Both the position numbers and the translations under genes were made by a program. A stretch of 61,438 nt of DNA from a bacterium (GTDB lineage: Bacteria; B130-G9): assembly GCA_021160245.1 (NCBI GenBank), contig JAGHCW010000202.1, positions 1 through 61,438 of the forward strand. The letters run 5' to 3'. Below are positions 37,816 through 45,465 of this stretch, piece after piece. Each line of letters opens with the position of its first letter. Positions within the stretch are counted from its first letter, which is position 1. The notes beneath the pieces are model-generated. The model made no database searches, had not been told where the DNA came from, and saw only the letters and a list, made by a program, of their open reading frames with translations.

Positions 37816-38391
37816 GTGAAGGTCGTGGCATTTAACGGAAGTCCGAGAAAAAACGGGAACACTTCCCTTCTCGTCAACTACGTCTTTGAGGAGCTGAAAA
37901 AGGAGGGCATCGATACTGAAATGGTCCAGGTGGGCGGCAAGATGTTGCGCGGCTGCACAGCCTGCTATCAGTGCTATGAGAACAAGGACAAGCGCTGTGT
38001 CATCGACGGGGATGAAGTCAATCAATACATCGAGAAGATGATTGAGGCGGACGGAATAATTCTCGCATCGCCGGTCTATTTCACGGACGTTACAGCAGAA
38101 ATGAAGGCGCTCATCGACCGAGCGGGATTTGTTACAAGGGGAAATGGCAGCCTGCTGGCTCGCAAAGTCGGCGCCTCAGTCGTTGCGGTCCGACGAGGCG
38201 GTCAGCTGCACACATTCGACACGCTTAATCACTTCTTCCTGATTAGCCAGATGATCGTTCCAGGGTCTGTTTACTGGAACTTCGGCATCGGCCGCAACAT
38301 CGGCGACGTCCATCAGGACGAAGAGGGCGTGAAGACGATGAAAACTCTCGGCCAGAACATGGCCTGGCTGCTGAAGAAGATCAACGTGTAG
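37816..38391 (+). CDS. NADPH-dependent FMN reductase / iron-sulfur-flavoprotein-like flavodoxin-fold protein
   Basis: ORF 37795..38391. The likely start is GTG 37816 (MKVVAFNGSPRKNGNTS) after GGGGAGA. CTACYQC is present. Confidence 0.8.
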   Translation: MKVVAFNGSPRKNGNTSLLVNYVFEELKKEGIDTEMVQVGGKMLRGCTACYQCYENKDKRCVIDGDEVNQYIEKMIEADGIILASPVYFTDVTAEMKALIDRAGFVTRGNGSLLARKVGASVVAVRRGGQLHTFDTLNHFFLISQMIVPGSVYWNFGIGRNIGDVHQDEEGVKTMKTLGQNMAWLLKKINV

Positions 38392-38408
38392 CGAGCTTCT
38401 GCGGTGAA

Positions 38409-38558
38409 TGATTATGGAGTGTGGTGACTTGACGCCGCCTTGGCTCGCCGCGCTATCTATATTTACATTGATGGCGTCCAGGTCGGAAGATGGTGTCTGA
38501 AATGTCAAATGGGGCGGTCTATTGGATGTGGTGTCAAGTCACCGCACTCCCAAAAGCC
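38409..38558. repeat. REP/MITE-like element with inverted arms of the GGAGTGCGGTG...CACCGCACTCC family
   Basis: GGAGTGTGGTGACTTGAC (38416-38433) against GTCAAGTCACCGCACTCC (38533-38550), with 17/18 complementary positions. It lies between convergent genes. Confidence 0.8.
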
Positions 38559-38567
38559 AGCGTCGCG

Positions 38568-39437
38568 TCAAATTGACATGTCAATCGAAGAGGCTGCTTG
38601 ACCACCCGTCAACCCATAGCCATCCATGAGAGTTGAGCCGCCATTCTTCTCTTGAACCGGCGAGGCGCCTCGGCTGGATTGATTGCCCGCCGTGGCCTCG
38701 CGCTTCTGCTCCTCGGCCAGCTCCGCTCGGGCTTCTCGCTCCATCTGATCCGCCTCTGCGGCAACACGCCTGTCCTGAGGCGAGGGGTCCATCGGAGCCA
38801 ATGCGGCGCGCTTGACCTTCTTGGCTTTTTCGATGTCTTTTTCTGGGTCGCCTGTCTTCGACACGTCTATTCGAGCGTGCCCTCCAACTGCATAGCGCTT
38901 TCCGTCAGGGCCGCTTTTGAACTCATAGGTCGGATTGCTTGCCCCGGCGTTGACGTGAGCTTGCTCATGGTTCCGCACGTGCCGATCTCGCTTCTCAAGC
39001 TTCTCGACTTCTTTTTTTTCCGACGCAGTCAGTTCATCCGAAGAGGTGAGGTCACTGGCCGTTACAGGCGTCTGCTCGCGCCCAATCTGCGACTTAGTTG
39101 CCTCATCGAGATTTCTCCCATCCGCCTCGCAATTGCAGCCTTTATCCATACCCCCGAGGTCGCGCGAGAGGCGTGAGATCAACTCCCGGCACTCATCGCT
39201 TATGCAAACGCTGTCCTCAATTGCCGCGGACGAGCCATGCGCCTCACCCATGTCTCTTGCCTGGCCAGCGGTGCCTTCAGCGCGAGCTACTGATGACAGA
39301 CTGTCAATTGACGCGGCATTGGAATGAAATGTAGGCATATAAGGACCTGTGCAATCAGACATATCTACATCTCTCAAATCATTTCTTGCAGCAGCTATCC
39401 GTATCCACTTGCTCTCAGTATCGGCGATACGCGCCAA
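38568..39437 (-). CDS. SprA-related family protein (putative metalloprotease-like)
   Basis: 289 aa. ELTASEKKEVEKLEKRDRHVRNHEQAHVNAG...YEFKSGPDGKRYAVGGH. The start is uncertain. Confidence 0.65.
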   Translation of the reverse strand: MARIADTESKWIRIAAARNDLRDVDMSDCTGPYMPTFHSNAASIDSLSSVARAEGTAGQARDMGEAHGSSAAIEDSVCISDECRELISRLSRDLGGMDKGCNCEADGRNLDEATKSQIGREQTPVTASDLTSSDELTASEKKEVEKLEKRDRHVRNHEQAHVNAGASNPTYEFKSGPDGKRYAVGGHARIDVSKTGDPEKDIEKAKKVKRAALAPMDPSPQDRRVAAEADQMEREARAELAEEQKREATAGNQSSRGASPVQEKNGGSTLMDGYGLTGGQAASSIDMSI

Positions 39438-39582
39438 AACCTTTACTTACAGAAAAACGGCGCCTCGATGTTCCTGTGCATCAAAAGATAGACGAGAACC
39501 ATTATTATGTGATAACTCTTGTTAAGAGACAATGAACGACTGCTAATCCACGGATTGAAATCATCATCACAAGGAGAACCAA

Positions 39583-40104
39583 ATGGGAAAGACTGAAGAA
39601 AACCTGAAGGCCGCATTTGCCGGCGAATCGCAGGCGCGAAACAAGTACAACTACTTCGCGAGTGTAGCGAGAAAAGCGGGTTACCACTATGTTGCCAAGG
39701 CTTTTGAGGAATCAGCGGAGAATGAGAAGCAACACGCAAAGGACGAGTTCAAGCTGCTGAATGGCATTGGTGACACAGCGGCGAATCTGAACGAGGCGAT
39801 CGAGGGCGAGCATTATGAGACGACCGATATGTATCCGACATTCGCAAAGGAGGCGGAGGAGGAAGGCAACATGGCGGCCGCCAACCTCTTCCGGCAGATA
39901 GCGAAGGTTGAGAAGCATCACAGGGACAGATACAAGCGTCTTCTTGAGATGCTCGAGAATGGCACTCTTTACAAAAGGGATGAGCCGGTGAACTGGAAGT
40001 GCAGCGTCTGCGGCTTTGTATATGACGGCACAGAGCCTCCGCCGAAATGCCCATGCTGCAAGCACTCCAAGGAGTACTACGAGCCTGAGGATTGGGGCGT
40101 CTAG
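39583..40104 (+). CDS. rbr: rubrerythrin
   Basis: 173 aa. Di-iron four-helix-bundle motifs (ESQARNKYNYFA, EKQHA, EGEHYE, EKHH) and a C-terminal rubredoxin-like WKCSVCGFVY...CPCC. Confidence 0.93.
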   Translation: MGKTEENLKAAFAGESQARNKYNYFASVARKAGYHYVAKAFEESAENEKQHAKDEFKLLNGIGDTAANLNEAIEGEHYETTDMYPTFAKEAEEEGNMAAANLFRQIAKVEKHHRDRYKRLLEMLENGTLYKRDEPVNWKCSVCGFVYDGTEPPPKCPCCKHSKEYYEPEDWGV

Positions 40105-40226
40105 CTTAAAAAGCCATCGTGGCGGGCGCAGTCCGTCTCGCGGTTTTCGCCTTCAACCAAATGGGGTCGGGCATGGGTCCGACTCCAGACGGCCAGAATC
40201 CATCATCCAGATAGGGGCATTGCGAT

Positions 40227-41654
40227 ATGGCGATATATGAATGCAGCGTCTGCGGACACATCTTTGACGAGGAAAAAGAGGGCAAAAAGTGGGATGGCCT
40301 GCCGAGTGATTGGGCATGTCCGATCTGCGATTCCCCTAAGCCATATTTCAAGTCACAGGGGATGGAGTCTGCGAAGGAAGAGCCTGCTTTGGCTAAAGAA
40401 CCTCCAACGAAAAGCGGCGTAAGCCCCAACGACTATCTCGCGGAGTGGAGCAGACACTCCGATCCCCTCGAAACGCACATGGCGGATATCCATGAGATAG
40501 CGAGACTAGGCGAGTCCCTGCATGAGCCGATGAGGTCGAGAAAGCCGGTCGTCTCATGGGACGACATACTGATAAAAGGCGCCCAGCTCGCAAGGATACC
40601 TCTTGCGGATGATGACATCGTAAGCACCAAGACAATAATCGGCCCCAGGGCAAAGAAACCGCTTGTAATCGAGACGCCGATTTACGTCTCCCACATGTCC
40701 TTTGGCGCGTTGTCCAAGCGGGTCATAACCGCCCTTGCGAAGGGCAGCGCCTCGGTCAAGACGACGATGTGTTCCGGCGAGGGCGGCATCCTACCGGATT
40801 CGATTGATAACGCATACAAGTTCATCTTCGAATACGTGCCGAACGAATACAGCGTCACGGAAGAGAACCTAAAGCGCGTGGACGCAATAGAGATCAAGAT
40901 AGGCCAATCCGCAAAACCGGGCATGGGCGGCCATCTCCCAGCGGCCAAAGTAACCGATGAGATAGCGGCGCTAAGAGGCCGTCCGCTCGGGTCCGACATC
41001 ATAAGCCCCTCTCGCTTCCGGGATATTAGGAACAAAGATGACCTGAGAAAAAAGGTCAACATGCTAAGAGATAAGTCAGGCGGCAAACCGATTGGAATAA
41101 AGCTCGCCGCAGGAATTATCGAGGCGGACCTCGAGGTCGCGCTCTATGCGGAGCCGGACTTCATCACGATTGATGGCAGAGCAGGCGCAACGGGTTCCGC
41201 TCCGAAGTTCGTGAAGGACTCTACATCGATCCCATGTATATACGCGCTTTATCGAGCGAGGAAGTTCCTCGACGAGAAGGGCGCGAGGGAAGTCTCGCTT
41301 TTGATAACGGGCGGCCTGCGCATCTCGTCGGACTTTGCTAAGGCACTTGCCCTGGGCGCCGACGCTGTCGCAATAGGAACCGCCGCGCTAATGGCGTGTG
41401 GATGTCAACAACACAGAATCTGTGGAACGGGCAAATGCCCCGTCGGCATAACGACCCACGACCCAAACCTAACCCAGCGCCTCAACATAGATGAATCCGC
41501 CCGGCGCCTCTCAAACTTCCTCCGAGTATCAACTGAGGAGCTCAAAACCTTCGCCAGATTGACCGGCGCAGACGACGTCCACAAGCTCTCCATGCTTGAT
41601 ATATGCACCACCAACTCGGAGATCTCGGACTACACGGATATTGAGCATGTGTGA
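40227..41654 (+). CDS. rubredoxin fused to a glutamate-synthase-domain-2-like (GltB FMN/Fe-S) oxidoreductase
   Basis: 475 aa. YECSVCGHIFDE...WACPICDSPK, then ISHMSFGALS, KIGQSAKPGMGGHLP, ITIDGRAGATGSAP and a Cys cluster CGCQQHRICGTGKCPVG. Confidence 0.85.
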   Translation: MAIYECSVCGHIFDEEKEGKKWDGLPSDWACPICDSPKPYFKSQGMESAKEEPALAKEPPTKSGVSPNDYLAEWSRHSDPLETHMADIHEIARLGESLHEPMRSRKPVVSWDDILIKGAQLARIPLADDDIVSTKTIIGPRAKKPLVIETPIYVSHMSFGALSKRVITALAKGSASVKTTMCSGEGGILPDSIDNAYKFIFEYVPNEYSVTEENLKRVDAIEIKIGQSAKPGMGGHLPAAKVTDEIAALRGRPLGSDIISPSRFRDIRNKDDLRKKVNMLRDKSGGKPIGIKLAAGIIEADLEVALYAEPDFITIDGRAGATGSAPKFVKDSTSIPCIYALYRARKFLDEKGAREVSLLITGGLRISSDFAKALALGADAVAIGTAALMACGCQQHRICGTGKCPVGITTHDPNLTQRLNIDESARRLSNFLRVSTEELKTFARLTGADDVHKLSMLDICTTNSEISDYTDIEHV

Positions 41655-41692
41655 TAGTACAATCCGCTTCATTCTCACAAGGAGATTGGACC

Positions 41693-41872
41693 ATGAAGAT
41701 CAAAGTGATTGTGCATGACGCGGAGGAAGGCGGCTATTGGGCTGAAGTCCCGGCAATCCCCGGCTGCGCCACGCAGGGCGAGACGATGGAAGAGTTGACG
41801 GCCAACCTCCGCGAGGCGATTGAGGGATGCTTGTCAGTAGGTTCTGCCCCTCTGGCTGAATGCTCTGTATGA
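41693..41872 (+). CDS. hicB: HicB-family (UPF0150) antitoxin-like protein, with no hicA partner
   Basis: 59 aa from ATG 41693 (RBS AAGGAG): MKIKVIVHDAEEGGYWAEVPAIPGCATQGETMEELTANLREAIEGCL. Confidence 0.8.
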   Translation: MKIKVIVHDAEEGGYWAEVPAIPGCATQGETMEELTANLREAIEGCLSVGSAPLAECSV

Positions 41873-41891
41873 GGATTAGGAGGTAGGATGC

Positions 41892-42290
41892 ATGGAAATC
41901 AAGCCCGATTCGGGATCCGTCGGGATGGCGCTGGGTTCAATCATTATTCCGGAAATCAAGCGGCGGATAGACCAAAAGGGCGTGAAGACGCCATTGTTGC
42001 TTCATTGTTTTCAGATTCTATATCGTCCTGATGCGCCAGCGACACCTGAGATTAGGCTGAACGAAGAGGTGGCGGGCTACGTTGTTGTGAAGCGGCCGTC
42101 CAAGGAAGAGGATCTTGGGAAACCAATAAGCTATGCTGAAATAGAAGGATTCGGTCCGAAAATGGACCTTGTTCAGTCCGATCTCAATTGCGCCCATTTG
42201 ACAGTTTTTTGGATCCATCCAAACCTCCCACAAGGAGCATCAGATTCGGCGATCCCAATCTTCCTGAACCTCATATCAAATTCGGACTGA
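41892..42290 (+). CDS. hypothetical protein; probable N-terminal part of a gene split by a frameshift
   Basis: 132-aa ORF, with TAGGAGG 8 nt upstream. It overlaps the next ORF by about 100 nt in another frame. Adding one T to the T6 run at 42205-42210 fuses the two ORFs. Confidence 0.55.
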   Translation: MEIKPDSGSVGMALGSIIIPEIKRRIDQKGVKTPLLLHCFQILYRPDAPATPEIRLNEEVAGYVVVKRPSKEEDLGKPISYAEIEGFGPKMDLVQSDLNCAHLTVFWIHPNLPQGASDSAIPIFLNLISNSD

Positions 42291-42754
42291 ACATAACGTG
42301 GTACTACGATGCGAGATGGCGGAAGGGAGACGCTAGAAAATATCTTGACATAGGACTAGAATTCCTCGAGGCCTCAAGATCGGCATGGGATAATGGCCAT
42401 AAAAGGCCTGCTCTCGACAACCTTTTTTCGGCTGTGGAACTCATAGTGAAGTCTAGACTGCTGCTCTTTTCGCCTGATGAGAAGCTGGACGGCAAGGACG
42501 GACATCAGCTTGTGCATAAAGCAACCATAAGGCAAGTGAATAAGGGCCTATTGGATGAATCGTACCTCCAATTGGGCCAAGAACTGCATGAACTGCGACT
42601 CCTTGCCCGCTATGAACCAAATGAGCTTGATTGTGACAACACGCGCTATTCGAAGATACTTTCGGAGATGGATCGTCTTGTTGAGCTGACAAAGGAGAAA
42701 CAGGGATCCAGCTTCCTTCCGGTTCTCAACAATGAAGGAGAGAGTGCGCAATGA
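42188..42754 (+). CDS. hypothetical protein with HEPN-like all-alpha C-terminal region; probable C-terminal part of the split gene
   Basis: 188-aa ORF with a TTG start in the track. KYLDIGLEFLEASRSAW...ALDNLFSAVELIVKSRLL...GHQLVH...LHELRLLARYEP resembles HEPN helices, and I saw no clear Rx4-6H motif. Confidence 0.5.
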   Translation: MRPFDSFLDPSKPPTRSIRFGDPNLPEPHIKFGLNITWYYDARWRKGDARKYLDIGLEFLEASRSAWDNGHKRPALDNLFSAVELIVKSRLLLFSPDEKLDGKDGHQLVHKATIRQVNKGLLDESYLQLGQELHELRLLARYEPNELDCDNTRYSKILSEMDRLVELTKEKQGSSFLPVLNNEGESAQ

Positions 42755-42979
42755 GCTTTCGGACGCATAGGCAGATAAACTTGAAAGGCATCAAGATCAT
42801 TGTTGGGAAGCGCCCAGACGGATACGTCGCGTACCCTCTAGGCATAAAGGGCGTTGTCGTGGGTCAGGGCGACACTTATGACGAGGGCGCTTAAGGATGT
42901 TAAGTCTGCAATTGCATTTCATATCGAGACGTTTCGTAGCGATGCTATGAAGGCAGGCCAATCCCCTGGAAGGGGATAA
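42751..42979 (+). pseudogene. second HicB-like antitoxin gene, frameshifted
   Basis: ATG 42751 overlaps the upstream stop (ATGA). Frame 1 reads MSFRTHRQINLKGIKIIVGKRPDGYVAYPLGIKGVVVGQGDTYDEGA* with the stop at 42892-42894. The adjacent frame continues LKDVKSAIAFHIETFRSDAMK... Confidence 0.55.
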
Positions 42980-43160
42980 TGTGAATAGCCCCGTGTGAAA
43001 CGCGGGGAATCAGACGGCCCGTCAACAGCACCTCGACTCTGACGGATCACGCCCCGCCGAACCGCCATTTGGCGCCCCTTCAGGGCGGTTGTTGTTTTTC
43101 GCCGTCTTTTTCCCGTGGGTTGCCACCCACGGCTACTGTTGTTCATCCCTTTCAGGGATG
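42961..43160. repeat. about 200-bp hairpin-dense GC-rich element with similar inverted terminal hairpins (MITE or structured RNA?)
   Basis: Hairpins: ATCCCCT-GGA-AGGGGAT (42961-77); CCCCGTG-TGAAA-CGCGGGG (42989-43007); CGCCC-CTTCA-GGGCG (43073-87); CCGTGGGT-TGCC-ACCCACGG (43113-32); CATCCCT-TTC-AGGGATG (43144-60). Confidence 0.6.
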
Positions 43161-43303
43161 GCGCCGTTAGTATCCACCCTCTTCGTGCTTATTCGAGGGC
43201 TTAGTGGATCGATTCTTTATGCCCCCTCGATCATCTCGCGGCGCGATTGGGTGATCGATTCCTCGGGCTCGCATTTTGCCTCAGGCGAGACCCAAATCCT
43301 TAA

Positions 43304-43639
43304 CGACCCGACTCTCCATCTTGGCCACTTCACGCAGATTCTGGCGGCCAACTACGCCTTCTTCCGCGTCGAAATATCCACGCCTTGCGCCTCGCCCAAT
43401 GGCTGATAGACCAGGACTACTCACCCAAACAGGTCTATAATAACCTCGGCTCAGCGCTTGCCGAACGAGGCCTCAACGAAGAGGCTACCAGAGCCTATCG
43501 AACAGCCATTGCCCGCGGTCCGCCATACAGGTCGGCCCTCCTAAATCTCTCATCTGTCCAGAAAAGCCTCGGAAACGAACAAGCGGCATCGCGCTTGCGA
43601 AAGAGAGCTCTCCACCTTTCTGCCATGCAGCATGATTGA
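43304..43639 (+). pseudogene. C-terminal remnant of a TPR-repeat protein
   Basis: The open frame begins after TAA 43301-43303. YNNLGSALAERGLNEEATRAYRTAIARGPPYRSALLNLSSV is a TPR-like unit. There is no plausible N-terminus or RBS. Confidence 0.4.
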
Positions 43640-43871
43640 GACAGAAACGCTTGGGCGCAGCCGCTCGCCGGACTCGCCCGGTTTAGCACGAGAGGCACGA
43701 TGGCCAAAGAATGCGAGAAGAACTGCTGTTGACTGGCATCGCAGGCTTCGTGCCAGCAATTGCCGAGGCTTTTTTCACATTCGCATTTTCGGTTTTGACA
43801 GAAGCCAGTTATTGGGATAACTTTCCTTCGCATTCAACAAGCTTGAGTATCGATACATTAGGAGGCGCGTT

Positions 43872-44060
43872 ATGAAGAATATCGAGAAAGTGGCAATCAT
43901 CCTTGCAGCGATTAGTTTGGCTATTTCCGTCGGCTTCAAGCTGACTGGCTTTCAACATTTCGTCACCGCAACCGGGGTGTGGCGCTTCACAATGGCCTGC
44001 TTGGGGTTTGCTATATGGGCGAGGCTTGCTCAACAGAAGTCGCCGGCTGAGCGAGAGTAA
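43872..44060 (+). CDS. small membrane protein (2 TM)
   Basis: 62 aa, with AGGAGG 7 nt upstream of the ATG. Sequence: VAIILAAISLAISVGF...TMACLGFAIWARL. Confidence 0.6.
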   Translation: MKNIEKVAIILAAISLAISVGFKLTGFQHFVTATGVWRFTMACLGFAIWARLAQQKSPAERE

Positions 44061-44122
44061 TCCCGTCCCGTATTCATCGCTTGCTCTTTGCTGAAGAGCC
44101 TAAATTATGGAGTATTTTTCAG

Positions 44123-45424
44123 ATGGCTGAAAGCCAGTCTTCGCAGTCGAGCGCAGAAGCTAAGTTCATATATCCACCCGAGACTTTCTATAGCTGCATT
44201 GGCTGCGGTTCCTGCTGTCGTCAGCGTTGGGTCGTTGAGGTTGATAGTGAATGCTATGATGCGCTTCCCGATGATTTCAAGACGCATATCGTCTCCGCGC
44301 ATGATGCAAAGGCAAGAGCAAAGGATGAGAGCCTGGTCGAAGAACGCTTCATAAAACGCCACTCCGATGCCGAGGGTTGCCCCCTGCTTGACCCGGATGA
44401 TGGTCTTTGCCTTATCCACAAACGCATCGGCTATGAGAGCAAGCCCTTCGTCTGTCGCGAGTTCCCATTCAGGTTCATCGAGACCCCAAGCGGCGTTATT
44501 GTGGATGTCTCGTTCGTCTGCAATGAAGTGCTGAATCAACGAGGCGCGGAAATATCCACGCATCGGGACGAGATAGCGAGGCTATATGCCAAGAGCAAGC
44601 GGAAGATAGAGGTCGGAAGCAAGATAATACTGAAGAGCAAGACCTCGATATCTTATGAGGCCTATACGCTCATTGAGGAGAGGCTTCTTGAGATTTTCTC
44701 AGACCGCAATCAGCCTTTTGAGGACCGTCTCGTTGCCGGGAATATCTTCCTTTACAGCATTGTGAAGAATGTTTACGACGCCGAGAAGATACTCTTGAAG
44801 AAAGATGCGATCTTAAAGAAACTGAACAAGTTCCAACCGAGGCACTTTATGAGGCTCTATGCAATTGCGAAGAAGAGCCAGAAGATGATCTCCAAGCACA
44901 AGCAGCAGCTCTTCGTCGTAACCTTCATAACATTCGCCTCAAGCGCCTCGGAGAAGCGTGGCAAGCTTAGTGTCCTGCTGAGGACTTGGGCAAACAACGT
45001 CAAGCAGTCGCTAAATATCGGCAGCATACGTGTCCCGGTGCTCCCAGGCTCCGTTCCGCTTCGTGCGCTTGTCGATGTTGAGTTTAACGAGCAGGACCAG
45101 ATGATAGGCGAGTTAGCGGAGAGATATATCAAGCACTGCATCTTTCGCAAGACCTTTGTCGCACAGTATGGCCTATTCAGGGGCTACAACATCCTTCTTT
45201 TGCTTTACGGTGTAATAAAATGGCTCTCCAGAGTCTTCGCGCTCAGGGCGGGCAGAAAGACCGTGAGCCGGGATGACTTCGCAAAAGCCGTCCAGCTCGT
45301 TGAGCGGCAATATGTGAGACATAGCGACTATTTGTCATTCCTCAGGCTGAACTCGAGGGCAATGGGCTTTGTTGACAAGCTCTTCGACGATCTCGGCTTC
45401 GCCCCGATCATAGTCAAGAGCTAG
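44123..45424 (+). CDS. YkgJ/FliB-family CxxCxxCC-motif protein (flagellin lysine-N-methylase-like)
   Basis: ORF 44081..45424, likely start ATG 44123. FYSCIGCGSCCRQRW and EGCPLLDPDDGLCLIHKRIGYESKPFVCREFPF parallel the Cys pattern of Salmonella FliB as I recall it. The long helical C-terminal region is of similar size to FliB. Confidence 0.6.
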   Translation: MAESQSSQSSAEAKFIYPPETFYSCIGCGSCCRQRWVVEVDSECYDALPDDFKTHIVSAHDAKARAKDESLVEERFIKRHSDAEGCPLLDPDDGLCLIHKRIGYESKPFVCREFPFRFIETPSGVIVDVSFVCNEVLNQRGAEISTHRDEIARLYAKSKRKIEVGSKIILKSKTSISYEAYTLIEERLLEIFSDRNQPFEDRLVAGNIFLYSIVKNVYDAEKILLKKDAILKKLNKFQPRHFMRLYAIAKKSQKMISKHKQQLFVVTFITFASSASEKRGKLSVLLRTWANNVKQSLNIGSIRVPVLPGSVPLRALVDVEFNEQDQMIGELAERYIKHCIFRKTFVAQYGLFRGYNILLLLYGVIKWLSRVFALRAGRKTVSRDDFAKAVQLVERQYVRHSDYLSFLRLNSRAMGFVDKLFDDLGFAPIIVKS

Positions 45425-45465
45425 CCGGCTTCCCAAACAAATTGTCCTGCGTTACAGTCCCTTAC

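Noticed and set aside
39498-39520. Fur/PerR box upstream of rubrerythrin (CATTATTATGTGATAAC)
   Set aside because: It contains one PerR-like half-site (TTATTAT) and one Fur-like half-site (TGATAAC). The two are not arranged as the 7-1-7 palindrome, so the match is too weak in an AT-rich promoter.
42205-42210. Programmed -1 ribosomal frameshifting at the T6 run
   Set aside because: In the zero frame the run reads GTT TTT TGG, which is not a canonical X XXY YYZ slippery heptamer, and I saw no downstream stimulatory structure. A mutation or an assembly error is more parsimonious.
42919-43146. 75-aa minus-strand ORF and the overlapping 105-aa plus-strand ORF (43089..43406)
   Set aside because: Both run through the hairpin-dense repeat element. 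Their basic, low-complexity translations have no RBS.
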